NCBI GenBank assembly: GCA_028534125.1
Contig: CM052818.1
Location: forward strand, 21,206,001-21,270,000
DNA: 64,000 bases
Direction of reading: 5' to 3'
DNA from: Lama glama
Taxonomy: Eukaryota
Below are positions 25,929 to 39,200 of the stretch, in pieces. The translations under genes and the position numbers were made by a program. The stretch's first letter is position 1; every line of letters starts with the position of its first letter. The notes beneath the pieces were generated by a model that made no database searches, was not told where the DNA came from, and saw only the letters and a list, made by a program, of their open reading frames with translations.

Positions 25929-26070
25929 TTGTTTGTTTGTTTGTTTGTTTTTGGAAGGGGAGGTAATTGGGTTTGTTTATTTATTTATTTACTCATTTAT
26001 TTATTCTAATGGAGATACTGGGGATTGAACCGAGGACCTCGTGCACACGAAGCACGCACTCTGCCACTGT
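25929..26070 (-). mobile_element. vic-1-like SINE, slightly 5'-truncated, 14-bp TSD
   Basis: gaatgctggtttct at 25915-25928 and 26071-26084. Confidence 0.9.
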
Positions 26071-26799
26071 GAATGCTGGTTTCTGATGAGCGCTCCCTAC
26101 TCGAAGCCCAAGAACCCCCACCAACCCTTTCTCCAAATCCCAGTTCCTATTTTCTCTGTCATTTCTGCAGCCAGGGTTGCTGGGTGAACACTGATCTTCC
26201 TTCTTAACTTCGGGGGACCTGCGATCCTTCAGTCCTAGGACAGTCACAGGATGGGCAGAGCACACAAAAACGGGTTCTCCTACAGCCGTTCCGAGGCTCT
26301 GCAAAGTCACAGGTTAAAGAATCTTTGTGCTTGTTCAGTCTCCTGGCAGTAAACAGCTTGGCACCTAACTGCCTTAGCCTGTCTCCTGAAGTAAGGAAAC
26401 AGCTCCCCTCGCCCTCATCACGTGTTCTCATCCCCTGTCAGTGCCGCCTACACATACTCACACTGAACTCCAGCAATGCCGGCTGCCCGCTTGTCCCCAA
26501 TCTGGGTTCTGTATGGTGGTCTTTTGGTTTGGGCTCTGAGCTTGCACCTCGAATGTCAGAATGACCTGCACCCACTCTGCAGTTGTCCTCACCCTCTCGG
26601 GAATGCCCTGTTTTCTGGCCATTTCTTCTGCACATCCAGACTCACAAGGCTGTGGACTAACTACATCTCAGTAACCCTGCAAGCACACTTTTCCTCCACC
26701 ACGATGCCCCCTCCTTCTGGCCTCTGGGGAGCCCCATCTTGCCTTCTGTCTGCTCCCTTTCCTCACCCCTAGTCCTTGACACTGGAGCCACATGCAACA

Positions 26800-27060
26800 T
26801 GTAGTATAAAAAGAACATGAGCCTTGCAGGTGTACAAATTTGGATTCCAATTCCAAATGTGCCACTTGCTGTCTCAGTGACTTTCAATGTGTCATTTGGC
26901 ATGTCACTTAATCTCTCTGACCTTTGGGTTTGTTTTTTTTTTTTTTGTTAGTGAAAGAGATTTAATCATATGTATATCTCTAAGGCTCTGTGAGAAATAG
27001 TTCAAAGGTAAAAGTACCTTAAACAGTGCCCAGAGCAAAGTATGTGCTCACTTAAGCACT
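26800..27060. mobile_element. MIR relic
   Basis: ccacttgct..tgacttt..tcacttaatctctctga..aaacagtgcccag. Confidence 0.55.
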
Positions 27061-29124
27061 CTCCCTGGCTTGTCCTTTCCATACTCAGTCTAATATTTGC
27101 AAGTGCTATTTTTGAGAGGGTGGGTATTAGCTTCACATTTTTTTTTTGGCTAATCTTCCCTGTATCGTTCCAATTTTAGAATGTGTGCTGCCGAATCGAG
27201 GACTTGGCGTCAATCTTATTTCATGCTATTTTCCAACTCAGGCTCATATGTCATCTGCAACCAATGCACCGATTCCCTCTGCTTTCTCTTTTACTAGTCC
27301 TTCTTGGAGTTCTGCCTAGTTCCTTAGTGGGACAATGTGTGTGGGGATGCTGGGTTGGCCCCTCCTAGACCAGGGCTCACCGTGGCCCTGTTTTGGGCTT
27401 GTTTCACAAGTCTTCCAAAGTGCCTTCTTTTCTCTCCCCCTTACTAGCCACATCTATTATCAAGGGAAGGAGAGGTTTAGAGGCTGTGTCTTTCCATCAT
27501 TTTTTAATATTAAAACAGCTTTCTTTAATTGAGATAACATACACACAATAAAACATATTCAGTGTGCTAATTAAAGCACAGCTCAGTAATTTTTACATCC
27601 ATGATCTATGTGTCCATATATGACACTGCGTGTGTATAAATTTGTATCTCGTATCTGTGCAACTGCAACTCAGATTAAGACAGAAGAATTCTTGCATTCC
27701 ATAAAGGCTCCTCTCCCATCCCTGTTCCCCTTCTCAGCCTAGTATTACATGGCAATTAAAAAGAAGCTGAATTTAACAGAGAAAGTACTTTGACGATTAC
27801 TCACATGAGGAACTGCATTTAACCATGAGGAACAGAGCCTATAAAACAGTGCTTTAAACAAATTGTTGCTTCTCTCTTCTCTCCTGTAAAAAATATACCC
27901 AGGTAATAGGGAGGCTTCACAAAGAAGCTGGCTTTCTCCCCTCTGTTCAGCTACCCTTCTCCAACATTTTGACATTAATTCTGACTCTTAAGAGATAGTG
28001 AGGTTAAAAAGCACTCTTCCTTGTTAGAAGTAACCACATTACATTTTTGAATTTACAAATAGGTCCTCATTTTTACACCACTTGGGCAACCTCCCTAGAT
28101 TCCTGTGGGGCTGGGCACCCTGTTGCTTCCTCGCCAGCCTCACCCCAGCACAAATGCCTGCAAAGAACTTTCTCCTCCAGGAGTATCAGCAGTGGCCTTG
28201 ACCTGTGATTTACTGGATGTCAGATCTCAGAGATGACCGTGTATTGTGTCTTGTAGCACTTGCATATGCGGTCAAATGCTATCAGCTATCTCTCCTTCTC
28301 TGTCTCCTGTCCTGACCAAGGAAGAGGACCGATTTCTAAAGACGTTGGAAGCCACCCTTTCTCCAGCTAGCTGGGGACGTGGGCGGCCTTCTCTGCAAGC
28401 AGAGGAATGAATGAAACCAGTGAGAGTCTGGCTTTTGCAGCCCATAATCTCCTATGACAGACATGGGCCTTCATTCTCGGCTGCTGCTACCACAGTGGAA
28501 GCCCCTTTCCCACCAGGCAAGTTGCCACCAGCCTGGCCACCAGCATGGGAGCCAGGGAGAATTAAACCCTGAGACAAAAGTATATACCACAAGCCCTAAG
28601 TTGTGAGACCAGCCCACGGCCCGTCATTAGCAGAGTGAGTCCTGGGGGCTGCAGGCTCTGGACCCACCTCTTGCCACATGCCCTTCCCAAATAAACAGAA
28701 CAGCCTGAAAGGGAAGATGCTGCAAAGAGATTGTCAGAGGGAAAAAAGGAGGAAGCAGTCCCTCATTCTGCTTTAGCGCTGGGGACAAATAGAGGGAGGG
28801 TTCTGTATTCATTGAATCCTGTGAAACTCAGGCCTCTTGAGGGCTCAGCTGGTTGGAGCTACCCCAGAGGTTCTCTCTAGAGGGAACACTAAGTCATGTG
28901 AGATGTCCCGGTCTCAGGTCCCATGACAGCCACCCCTGCTTTCCACACCCTAGGAGCTTCTCAGATCCTTCAAGACAATTGAACATCGATATTTCTCAAG
29001 GTTCTTTCCTGCCAGTAAATTTCATTTTATTGCAGGGAAAATGGGAGTAAAATAAAAAGGCTTTATTTGTGTCCAGTGTTTATGCAAGGTTATGCACCTG
29101 CTTATGGTCTGCACATTCCTTTTC

Positions 29125-29217
29125 TTTTCATTTTTTTGATGGAGGTACTGAGGACTGAACCCAGGACCCTGTGCGTGCTAAGCATGTGCTCTACCACTGG
29201 GCTATACCCTCCCCCCA
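29125..29217 (-). mobile_element. vic-1-like SINE
   Basis: Reverse-complement SINE; TSD cattccttttc. Confidence 0.9.
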
Positions 29218-32200
29218 GTGCATTCCTTTTCATGTCTAACTACCCATCCTTGGGACAAGATGGACACTCTGCAGGCACTGAGCCAGGCCAGTGCAATGGG
29301 TGGAGATGGTGTCCCCCAACCCCAGAGGGGGCAGATTACATTGGACCCCACTTTCCCCTGTTACTGGATGGGTGAGGCACATTTTAACAAGAGGAGCATC
29401 GCTCTCGGATTCTTTGCAGTGACACCACCCCTGTTCTTCCAAAAAACCCACCATCAAGCTCCTTAAACTTTGTCCCAAAGGTATGAATCCTGGGGACCAA
29501 GTGAGAAGGGAGGTGAAGGAGAAACTGAGGTGGGGCAGAGGCCGGGCCAGTAGGTATCGGTGCTTCCCAGGCAGCTGGGGAGGAGATATTCCATTTCCTG
29601 AGCTGTGCTTGTCCCCTTTCAGCTTGAACAGATGGAAATATAGTTCAATGTTTCAACATCATTTGCCTTTCTCGTGCTAAAATATTGATAAGTGCTGGCC
29701 AGGCGGACGCCCCTGCAGTTCCGAGCAGTAACTGGAGCATGATGTGTACTGAAGTGAGACACGGCAAAGCCTTTAACGAGTGTTTAAAATTCCTGGAATA
29801 ATGCTCATTGCTGGCTTAGATCATTCGGCTCCTGAAAACCTCCCCCCCCCTGGGCCGCCTCCTAAGCGGCAGGAGGAGTGTGAGAGCGGCCCCGGACCCC
29901 CTGCTGGTGGCAATTAGTGCGGCAGCTGCTCGTCTTCAGGATGGGAAACAAAGCAGGAGGTGCCCGCATCTGCGCTGCGCGGGCAGGGAGGAAACCGCGC
30001 TCAAGGGGCGGAGGGCGCAGGGCGCCGGTTCTCCTGCCTGCAGGGGCCTGGCACTGGGAACTCAGGCCCCAGAAAGAGGGGGCCCTGGGCAGGGGAGGGG
30101 AGGGCCAGAAAAGAAGGAAGAGGAAGAGGAAGAGGGTGGGGACTTGGGAGAGGAAAAGAGGATTTTGCCAGGATCAGCAAATCCCCTGGGACGAGCTTGC
30201 CAGGCCCCAAATGGAGTATCCAACTAGGATGGCCTCTAGGAAAATGAGAAAGGCCCCTTATGAGGAAGCTGAGGACCCTGGGCCTCAGCCAGTGGTGCCT
30301 CAATCGCAGGACACCCCTCTTCAAATTCCAGCCATGACAAAGGACCCCAGACTAGGGCGTAAAGGACAGCCACAAGTGCACCTGGGATGTCACCCCAAGG
30401 CTCGGAACAGTACAGGTTGCTGAGGGAGGGATCTCCCTGGAGCTCAGGATCCCCCCGTGGAGATCGGGTGGTTGAACTGGGGAGGTCCCTGCCATGTTAA
30501 TGTTCTCACACTTCGAGATTCTGGGCTTCAGATTCAAGATTTTTACAAACTCCTTATAGATCTTTGTGGCGTTGTTCAGAAGAATGTTCTCCAAGAGGCC
30601 TTCTTGAATCAGATCCCCGGAGAAGATGTCTGCCTTTTCCAGGAGTGACCCTGTTCAAAAACCCACACGGGAGAAAGCAAGGCTGTGTCCCAGAAAGCTG
30701 AGAGTGCCCCCCAGGAAGGAATTCTGAACTGGTGGGTTGGATGTGACTTAAAACAGTATAACTTGATGCCACTGGCTGAAGACTCACAGAGCTAATGATT
30801 GTCTCCTGAATACCATTTGCAGCTGGGGAGACAGAACAGGAAATCCACAGTGAGTTGGGATACAGGGCCTGATGATTATGGCCTTCCTATGCCTTCAATA
30901 AAATCAAACTTAATGAAGTCATCTTATTTTCTGAGACAAAAACAGTTTACAGGGGGACACGCGAGCTGACACACAGGAGGACGTTTGTGGGACAAAAACA
31001 GATGGACTATAAAATTAAAAGTGAGGAGACAGGAAAATCTAAGACACATAGCTATCATGAATAGAGGGGGCAGACCAAGGGGCCCCAGGACCCACCTGGG
31101 GCAACTATGTTGGAAAAATCTTAACAGAGGAGGAATTCTCTGGAGGCAACGAATGCTGTGGGCCCTGGGGAGGCTGGCAGCAGCCTCGTCTTCTCCATCA
31201 AAAGTCTGTCCAGCTGAGTAAGGAGGACCTTGCCTGGTGGCACAACCATACTTCTCTTCACACATATCTTCTGTTCCATCTTCTGTTCCAGGCACCTTTC
31301 CTCACTCCTGTGTTGTTCCAGCTGCTGGCCCCAGTCCAGCCACCCTCCAGCCCCAAGCATCCTCAAAACTCCTGCCTGTCACCCAAACCAGTTTTTGTGT
31401 GGACTGTTGCTGAGACCAGCCCGGTCACTTTGGGCTGAGGCCCTGGCAGTGGGTCTGTCCCTCTGGCAATGGGGCTCTGTCTGTGGTCGTTCTCCCAGTT
31501 CTCCTGTTAAGGAGTCTGTCCATTGAGTGATGGGGACATCTGGTTTCCATGGCCAGATGTGGGAGGGGGAGGGATGGGATGGTGCGTGTCACCCAGGTGA
31601 TGACCCACCTGATGCTGACCACCTCCTCTAGCAGTTTATGTGCAGGAGCTGAGGAACACAGCCTTCGGGGGGTCAGCCTGGGCACTGCAGCACTGGGGGG
31701 AAGCCCGGCCCCTGGGAGAAAACAGATGCTGGGGAGTCCAGTGGGGGCCAGGGTGAAAGGAGCAACAGCAAGGGCCGGGGCCAGATGGCAGGAACTGTCG
31801 TTGTTTCTAAACTTTGTGAAATATTTCCATTTGGCCGCCAATCTGATCATCTCAGCCCTGGCAGGCATTATTACCACCGATTTCTAAAGGAGAAAGACAA
31901 GAGCTCAGGCTAGTGAAATGACGTGACTAATTGGCCTGATTTCCCCCCCCCTACACAATGTCACCTCCTGCAGGAACTGCAAAACCAGAGAGGCCCCTGT
32001 ACATGGAAATCACCTGGGGAGTCTTGTTAAATGCTTATCAGGGTGGGACCTAAGAGTCTGCATGCCAAGGCGTCCTCAGGTGATGTCAATGCTGTTGGGA
32101 CCGCCCCTTAACACACACACACACTGACTGGGAAGGAACTACAGCAGTGTCTTGCATCTCCTTGTTCACAAGAGTCACCTGGAGCACCTGGAGATTCCAA

Positions 32201-33689
32201 TTCAATAAGGACTCAGGATTGTGATTGTTTGACAAGAGCTGCAAGTGCCCCCAGGGAAATTTGGGACATCCTGCCCTAGAAGGGGGGGAAAATGTGGCCG
32301 CAGCTGGGAGGCTGCAGCAGGGACCCAGAGACTGGTCCTCCTTCATTCGTCTCCTGGGTTTACCAGGCGCCCTTTCCTCCAGCAGGAGAATGCTGGCCTC
32401 AGCCCTGACATTTCTTTGGTGTTCAGCCTTGGGCAGCCATCCTCCCACATTTGTCCCTCCCCTTTCTCATCTGTAATATGGGAACTAACAGCCAAACCCC
32501 AGGGCATGCAGAGGACACAATGGAGTGTGGCTCTAGAGAAAGGGTGCTGGAGAAGCAGCCAGTGATGAGTCAGAGTCCATCCTGCAGGCAGGAGGAAGAG
32601 GAAAGGCAGCAAAAAGCAGGGAAGGAGAGAAAGCCATGATCGTGCTGGGGTGCCAAAGAGCAAAGGTGGTGCGGTGGGCGTGGGGAGGCACCACCCCCTG
32701 CCCCAACCTGTGGCGTTAGCAAACATGGAGCCGAAAGACCAAAGGGACTTTAAAAAGCAGGGATGAGGGGATTTTGGAGACCTGGACCATGTCCCAGCAC
32801 GAGGGTGCGAAGCCTATCACTTTGGTCCTCCACATCACAGAGGAGCAGAGAAAACAGAGCTAGGGGGCGTTGGGATGCGGGTGGAGGAGAAGAGAGCAGA
32901 ATTGGCCCGGAATCAGGAGGAGCCCATGGGCCGGACACAGACCCTCCCAGCTTCCCACTCAGTGGCTCAACCCCAGTCCCAGGCACCATCACACCCTTCC
33001 AGAGCTGCCACCACCACATCTGGGTCCTCTCTGTAGGCAGATCCTGAGCACTCACTGTATACCAGTTGCTGGAAATGTACATTATCTCATTAATATTCCA
33101 TCCACTCTGCTATTGTACCCATTTTACAGATGAAGAAAGCAGACAGAATGCTCAAGTTTGCTGAGTTATTACATGGAAGCACTGAGGTTCAAAGCCAGGC
33201 CTCTGGCTCTAACATTTCTGACTTCTGCAGTTCAGCATCTTTCTGAAAAGGGGGTTTGCATATGAGATCAGGGAGCCGGGGGTATCCTAATCCTACCCCT
33301 CAAATCAAATTAAATGCCTATGAGAGTGGAGATGTGGGCTCTGGCACATCTGTGGGGACCTTTTGCAGAGAGATATTGACCTACAAAAACTACTGGTGCC
33401 AATTCTAGTTTCCTGTGTTGAGAATGGGCTTGCTGAGTGTGTGGGCATGTAGTGGTTTTGCCCTAATGCACACCAAATACAGCTAGTTCTTCTTTTTCTT
33501 GTTTTCCCTCATGAAGCCTGGGCTCCCACCTGGTATTCAGGCACACTCATTGACTAGAAATTTCCGTGCAAAGGCAGCTCAGCTCACACATCCACATGGA
33601 AAAGACAGGGATGTCCATTCAAGCATACAGGCGTTTCCTATTTTTACAGTAAGATAAATTGGCATGAAGATTTGTGTCTAAATGGATGA

Positions 33690-33907
33690 CTTTCTTTTAT
33701 TATTGACATATAGTCAGTTTAAATGTTGGGTCAGTTTCTGGTGTACAGCATAATGTTTCAGTCATACATACATACATACATTCGTTTTCATATTCTTTCT
33801 CATTATAGGTTACTACAAGATATTGAATTTAGTTCCTTGTGCTACACAGTAGGACCTTGTTGTTTACCTATTTTATATATAGTAATTAGTATCTACAAGT
33901 CTCCAAC
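33690..33907 (-). mobile_element. Short L1 3' end
   Basis: attgacatatagtcagtttaaatgttg..tttctggtgtacagcata..gtgctacacagtaggacc. Confidence 0.7.
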
Positions 33908-34217
33908 CTGTGGGGTAAGGTGTGTTTGGGAATCCAGACTTTAGAAGATTTCAGGAAGGTACATATAATGGTGTCTGTATTACAGAGTCCATAGAGAGTA
34001 CAGAGCTGTACCTGTACCCAGACACATTAATATTGCCACAGTGAAACATCTGATATCCGTGTCAAGTGGGATAAATAAAGACTATTAAATAGCTTCTCAT
34101 CAATTTAGGTCAAATTTTGCTGCCAAATATTTTGGCAGCAAACATCCAAACAAACAAAGCAGAAACAAAGCCTTCTGAGTTAGAGATTTTGTAGAGAAGA
34201 GATTGAGGGTCAGTATT

Positions 34218-34465
34218 TCCTTTTTTTTAATTTATTTTTTATTTTTTAATTGAAGTTTAGTCAATTTACAATGTTGTGTTAATTTCTGATGTACAGCATA
34301 GAGATTCATTTATACGTATATGTATTCCTTTTCATATTCTTTTAAAAAAATTTTTTTTGATGGAGGCAAACTGGGTATTGAACCCAGGACTTTATGTGTG
34401 CTAAGCAAGTACTCTACCCCTGAGCGATACCCACCCCCTTCTTTTTCATATTCTTTTTCATTATT
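34218..34465 (-). mobile_element. Short L1 3' end with nested vic-1-like SINE (34350-34438)
   Basis: L1 3' tail motif; SINE flanked by TSD ttttcatattctttt. Confidence 0.8.
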
Positions 34466-35499
34466 TCTGCTGCTTAAGAGAGAACCCGGCAAACAAAACC
34501 ACCCTTGTAAAAGGAGAAGAGCCTATGATGGCTCCTCCAGCCTCCTCCCTACCAGCAGCCTCCCCTCCGAGATCCCAGCACTGGAGCCCAGCCCTCCAAA
34601 GCATGGTTTGGGACTCTACAGAGTTATGGGTCACCTTACTGTGTGCTTAGGGCCAAAGACTGAGCCATCCTGTCTCCTGATCTCTTTAAACGGGGAAGGA
34701 AGTCATTCCACAGACTCCTTTGACCACTGACTTTTTATGATCTTACTTCATACATTAGCCAAAGCTGGCTGCACAGGTCAGAGGATGCAGCGTCTTCACT
34801 ATGAGATGGAGGAGCACCCCAAGAAAACATCTGTCCATCTCTGCACTCAATGCCCCTTCCCCGACGATGTGTCTTTGGATGTGCCTCTGGATGTGCTTCC
34901 CAGTCCCTGGATGGTTCTTTTCTCATCAGCCTGGAAAACTTGTACTTAAGGATAAGATCTTCAGATGCCCTCCTCTGGGATCCCTCTTCATTCACGGTTC
35001 CAAATGGGCATTTAAATTATAATTTGTGTGTGGCATTTCTCTGCTTCTGGTAAACTGACTTTGCAGCCAGGGTCTGCTTGGTCGTCGCTGTCCGCGACGT
35101 GTAACGTAGCGCCTGGCACAGGGCAAGCGCTCAGCAAGCGGTTGTGGAGGGGATGAGTGGGTGTCTGGTCCCTGAGGCTTCTAGCTAGATGGACCAGCAT
35201 GGTGGATGCAGAGCCCAGGCTTCATCTGAATGAGAGGAGGAGAGGAGGAGGCATCTGCGGGATAGGAAGTGAATATACAGAAGAAAGGAAGCCTTGCCAT
35301 GAGACAGGTGTATCCAAGTCCAGGTAGGCAGTTCCAGGATCAAAGAGTAAAGCAGGGGAAGGAGCTGGAAAGGTGGACCCATGTCCCACAGGCCAAGGTG
35401 GAAGGTCCGGCAGACGCAACACTGTGGACTTTGATATAAGACGGAATATGGCCCAACGCAGACCCCTTTAAGAATAGAAAGAGGCGAACCTGGGGAAGA

Positions 35500-36650
35500 G
35501 ATCCTGGGAAACACCAAACGGAAAAGGAAAGACCGAAGGGCCAGGCCCTCTGTGACCCACCTGCACAGCCAAAGCCCGCTGCACCGAGAACTGGGGCGCT
35601 GCGCGCCGCCGCCGCGAGGTGGCAGCAAAAACCCGTCAATAGCCCAGAACGCGCGCCGCCTTGCTACCTCGGACCTGTTTTGCTTTTGGCCTGGGCGCTC
35701 TCAGCCGGAAAGGAAGGGCATCCCGCCACGTTAACGCGGGGACGAGGCTGATCATCACCCCGGCCAGATTCTCCGGGTCCCCGGAGGTGGAAGAGGAGTC
35801 TTCCTCGGGTGTCTAGCTCATTAAAGCTCCTAAACTGGTGTCTGGATGCTGCTCGAGGGACTCATGGAACCTAGATACCCTGTCCCGCTCCTCTCTTCTG
35901 TAACCGCCCCCCCACCCCGGTGGAAAGGATTCCTTCTCCTGCCTCCCCTATCGCTCCGCAGGCAGACTCACGTCCTGGACTCCTCTGCGGATCAGAGCTG
36001 TGGTCCGCATTCATCCTTTCGCGTTCCCACTCACAGCTAAGGTTAGGACCCGATGGAGAGTCTGGAGACTGCAACGTCCCTGTCCTGCTCCCTGGGACCT
36101 GTCACACCCACGCACACTCCGTAGACATGTGCGAGCGCATGGTCACACAAAGGCCACGCGCCCGATACCCACTCGCGCAGGATCGCCAGGGTCACCCATA
36201 CACGCTGGCTCGCACGAGGCAGATGCGAGAGGCTGCGAGGATCGCAGGACTCAGTGCCAAGACACTTGAGTTTGACTTTGACTCACTCCTTTTCTCTGGT
36301 CGCTAAACCCCCGTTCCTCCAATAACGAGATCGCCAAGCTGCCTGGCGGCTCAGAAGCTGACACCTTCTTCGCATCGAAGTGTTTGCTGCAGCCTGGAAA
36401 GCCTTCTTTAGTGTCCCAATGACTCAGACAGTAGATTCCTGCGCTGGGCCGTCTGGATCTCCGGAGCCCACGACCCGGACGATGCGCGGAAACGGTTTTC
36501 AGAAGACGGGAGCGCCCAGAAGTTGCGCGGAGCCTAGCGCGCTAAGACGAAGACTCTCCAGGGGCGCTTGTCTTTGGTCCCCTGCTCCATCTCTGATCCT
36601 TGGGACCCTTGGCGCAGGCCACACTCCCATTCACCTAGTGTGCTGACCTC
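35500..36650. promoter_or_regulatory. CpG island downstream of SIX3
   Basis: High GC and CpG density by inspection. Confidence 0.7.
35612..35625 (+). promoter_or_regulatory. CTCF core motif, forward orientation, in a CpG island
   Basis: CCGCGAGGTGGCAG fits CCGCGNGGNGGCAG exactly. Confidence 0.65.
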
Positions 36651-38349
36651 CTCGGGTCTCTCCAGCTACTCCTCGTGAACCCGCCAGGCCTCAGGCCTGA
36701 GGCTCAAATTTTGGCTATCCTCCCTTACACTAGTGCCCTCGGAGAGAATCTTGCTGTGCGTGGAACTAAAGTGGACAGTGGTGGACATGGGAGGAGACAT
36801 GGCCACTAACAACTTGGGTAGGGGAACGGCTTCCGAAAAAGGTGCCCCGGTCTGATTGGCTCACGGGATCCACCGACAGAGCCCTCGAAGGAGCACGTGT
36901 GAGCCTCTTGGGAGGCTGAAGGGCATGATGCTTCTGGAGCAACCGGGGTCAGAGGGTGAGATCTGAGACCAAATCACAGATCCATGAAAAGGGGACAAAG
37001 ATTGAAATCACGACATCAGGGAGCCCATAGGTCTCCAGCTGGTCCTCATTCCTCCTCAGGAAGGTCTTTAGCCAGCCCTGCAGCCTTAGCTTATGTCCCC
37101 TTCACTTCCTGCCTGCCTATGGGAATAGCCTCCTAACCCACCTTCCTGTCTACAGCCTCACTCCCTCAGAGTCTTGAAGCAGAGCTCTGGGTATGGTCAC
37201 CAAAGCTCTCCATAAACATTATGTAGCTCCCCAGTGCCCATGGGGTCAAGGCCGCACAACTTACCTGAACTTGTAGCTGGACTCAGACTCCCTCTTCTCT
37301 CAGATTCAGTTACCAGCTTCCTTATGCACTGGGGCACCAGCCACACCACACAGCTCTGTAGGGAACCCAATCTCCTCCATGCCTTTGCTCCTGCCATTCC
37401 TACCTAGAATCTCCTCCATGAAATCCAGTTCATCTTTCTGGTCAAAGCCATCTCTTCTGTTCCTCTCCTTTTTCCACCCCGAAAGTTGTAATTAACCTCC
37501 AAGTTGCCTCTCCTCAAAACACTCTGTCCACAACTTCCTGGGGTTCACTTGCTTGTTTTGTAGTGATGACCTCAACTGTCCACTGAACTGTGAGTAACGT
37601 GAAGGCAAGGCTTAACTGTGCTTGTCCCTCCCCACTCAGTTATTTTTGCACTAAGTTGGTTGCATTAGTACCACCAGCACACATCACTCTCGACACTGTC
37701 GCCTCCCCTTCAGAGAGGAAGAAACGTCACAAGGGCATGAGATGAATATTTGTCTTGCGTCTCATGGGAATGTACATAGTCTCACTGCACACTCAACAAG
37801 GCTCACATGCACGTACACACTTCACACTCAGACACACTCAGAGGACTCCTATGCCACTGACAGCGCTGGTGGTTCTAGTGAGCCCCGTCCAATCTGGGAG
37901 AGGGGCCGGCTGAAACCCCCACTCATCTGAGCTTCACAGGAATGCGGTAGCCCTTTGCCCCACACCTGTCTTCCATCCCGTCCCTGTAGGCGGCACGTTT
38001 TGGTTGGGGCTACCTCCCTGCAAGGGCCAAGTTCAGGAGCACGAGAGAAGGTGCCCCTAGACCAGCAGTTTGGGGTTGCTGCTCCCAGCCCTTCCCCACT
38101 CCCTTCTCTCCCATTTTCCAAATCTTTTGTGCTCAAATAAGGCTCGTGGGAAAGTATTTCCTCAACTAAGGGAGCGCACGGACGAGGAAGGGAAGACTAG
38201 GGCGGGACACCCGATGCACAGGTGTGGGGGGTATGAAGGTACAGGCTGGCTGTGTGACAGTGGCCAAGTCACGACCCTCTCTGAGTTTCAGTTTCCCCTT
38301 CCCGAGTAATCAGAGCCACTTCCAGCTCAGAGACGTCAGGAAAAGGCCG

Positions 38350-39200
38350 TGGTGGCCGGGGCCTGGATTCCAAACGCCCGCAGGTGTACGTTGGTCCACC
38401 CTTCCCCCACGTCGGGCAGGTCCCAGACCAAGGAAGGCAGGCAGGCAGGAGGCGGAGGCGGCGGTCCCGTGTTGCGGAGCCAGAGGCGCGCACGCCCCGC
38501 CCGTAATTAGCAGCGCGTTCAGTCATTAAGGGGTCCTGAGAAGAATTTCTGTTTAATAAAGGTCGCGAATTAGTTATGATGGCAAATAGTTCTCTCAAAA
38601 TTCAACAAACTAAAGCCATTGCCGGCCTGGAAGGGCTCCAGGCCGCCCCCAGGCACGGGCCCGACCGTCGCTCAGGGCGGCCCAGCGCCGCGGGGATCCC
38701 GGGGCCAGTGGGAGAGGCGGCGTGGCGGGAGGAGCAGGTAGTCTGGCCCCAAGAGGCTGGGGCTTCGGCCACAGCGCCTCTCAGCGGCCTGAAAGGAGAA
38801 AGACGGAGTCACAGCCACAGAAGCGGGGACAAAGGCCGAGCGCCAGAGAGCGCCGCGGAGGCCCGGAGGCGGAGCGGGGGGCCGAGGGGAGCGGAGCGCA
38901 CACCCGTGGGGCCCAGGTGGCGTCCTCCCAGACCCCGGGGGACTGTCTCCCCAGCGCACGGCCGGACTCCCCCTCACCTCTGTGCCTTGCCTCGTCCCCT
39001 AGACCTTCTGCGTAGGTTCCTGGGCCGAACACACTCTCCTGCCATCACCTCCTGGGGTCCAAGAATTCATCCCAGGCCCCAAGCCCCACCCATTCCAAGG
39101 GGAGGGAAACCCCTGCGCTTTCCTGGGCCATTTGCATTCTTCCGCAGAGAGGTTCTCTCCGCTGGGCCCGGCAGTCGGCAGCCTGAGGAGATACAGCCAC
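38350..39200. promoter_or_regulatory. CpG island with AT-rich core (38500-38620)
   Basis: CpG-dense flanks around a TAATTA/ATTA-containing block. Confidence 0.65.

Noticed and set aside
29880..30648. Overlapping ORFs and small CpG patch as a gene or pseudogene
   Set aside because: No recognisable protein family or splice structure; a decayed retrocopy is not excluded without BLAST.
36555..36568. Extra CTCF-like motifs (ctccaggggcgc; also 16200 and 38909)
   Set aside because: Core spacing is off by one or there are several mismatches; common by chance in GC-rich DNA.
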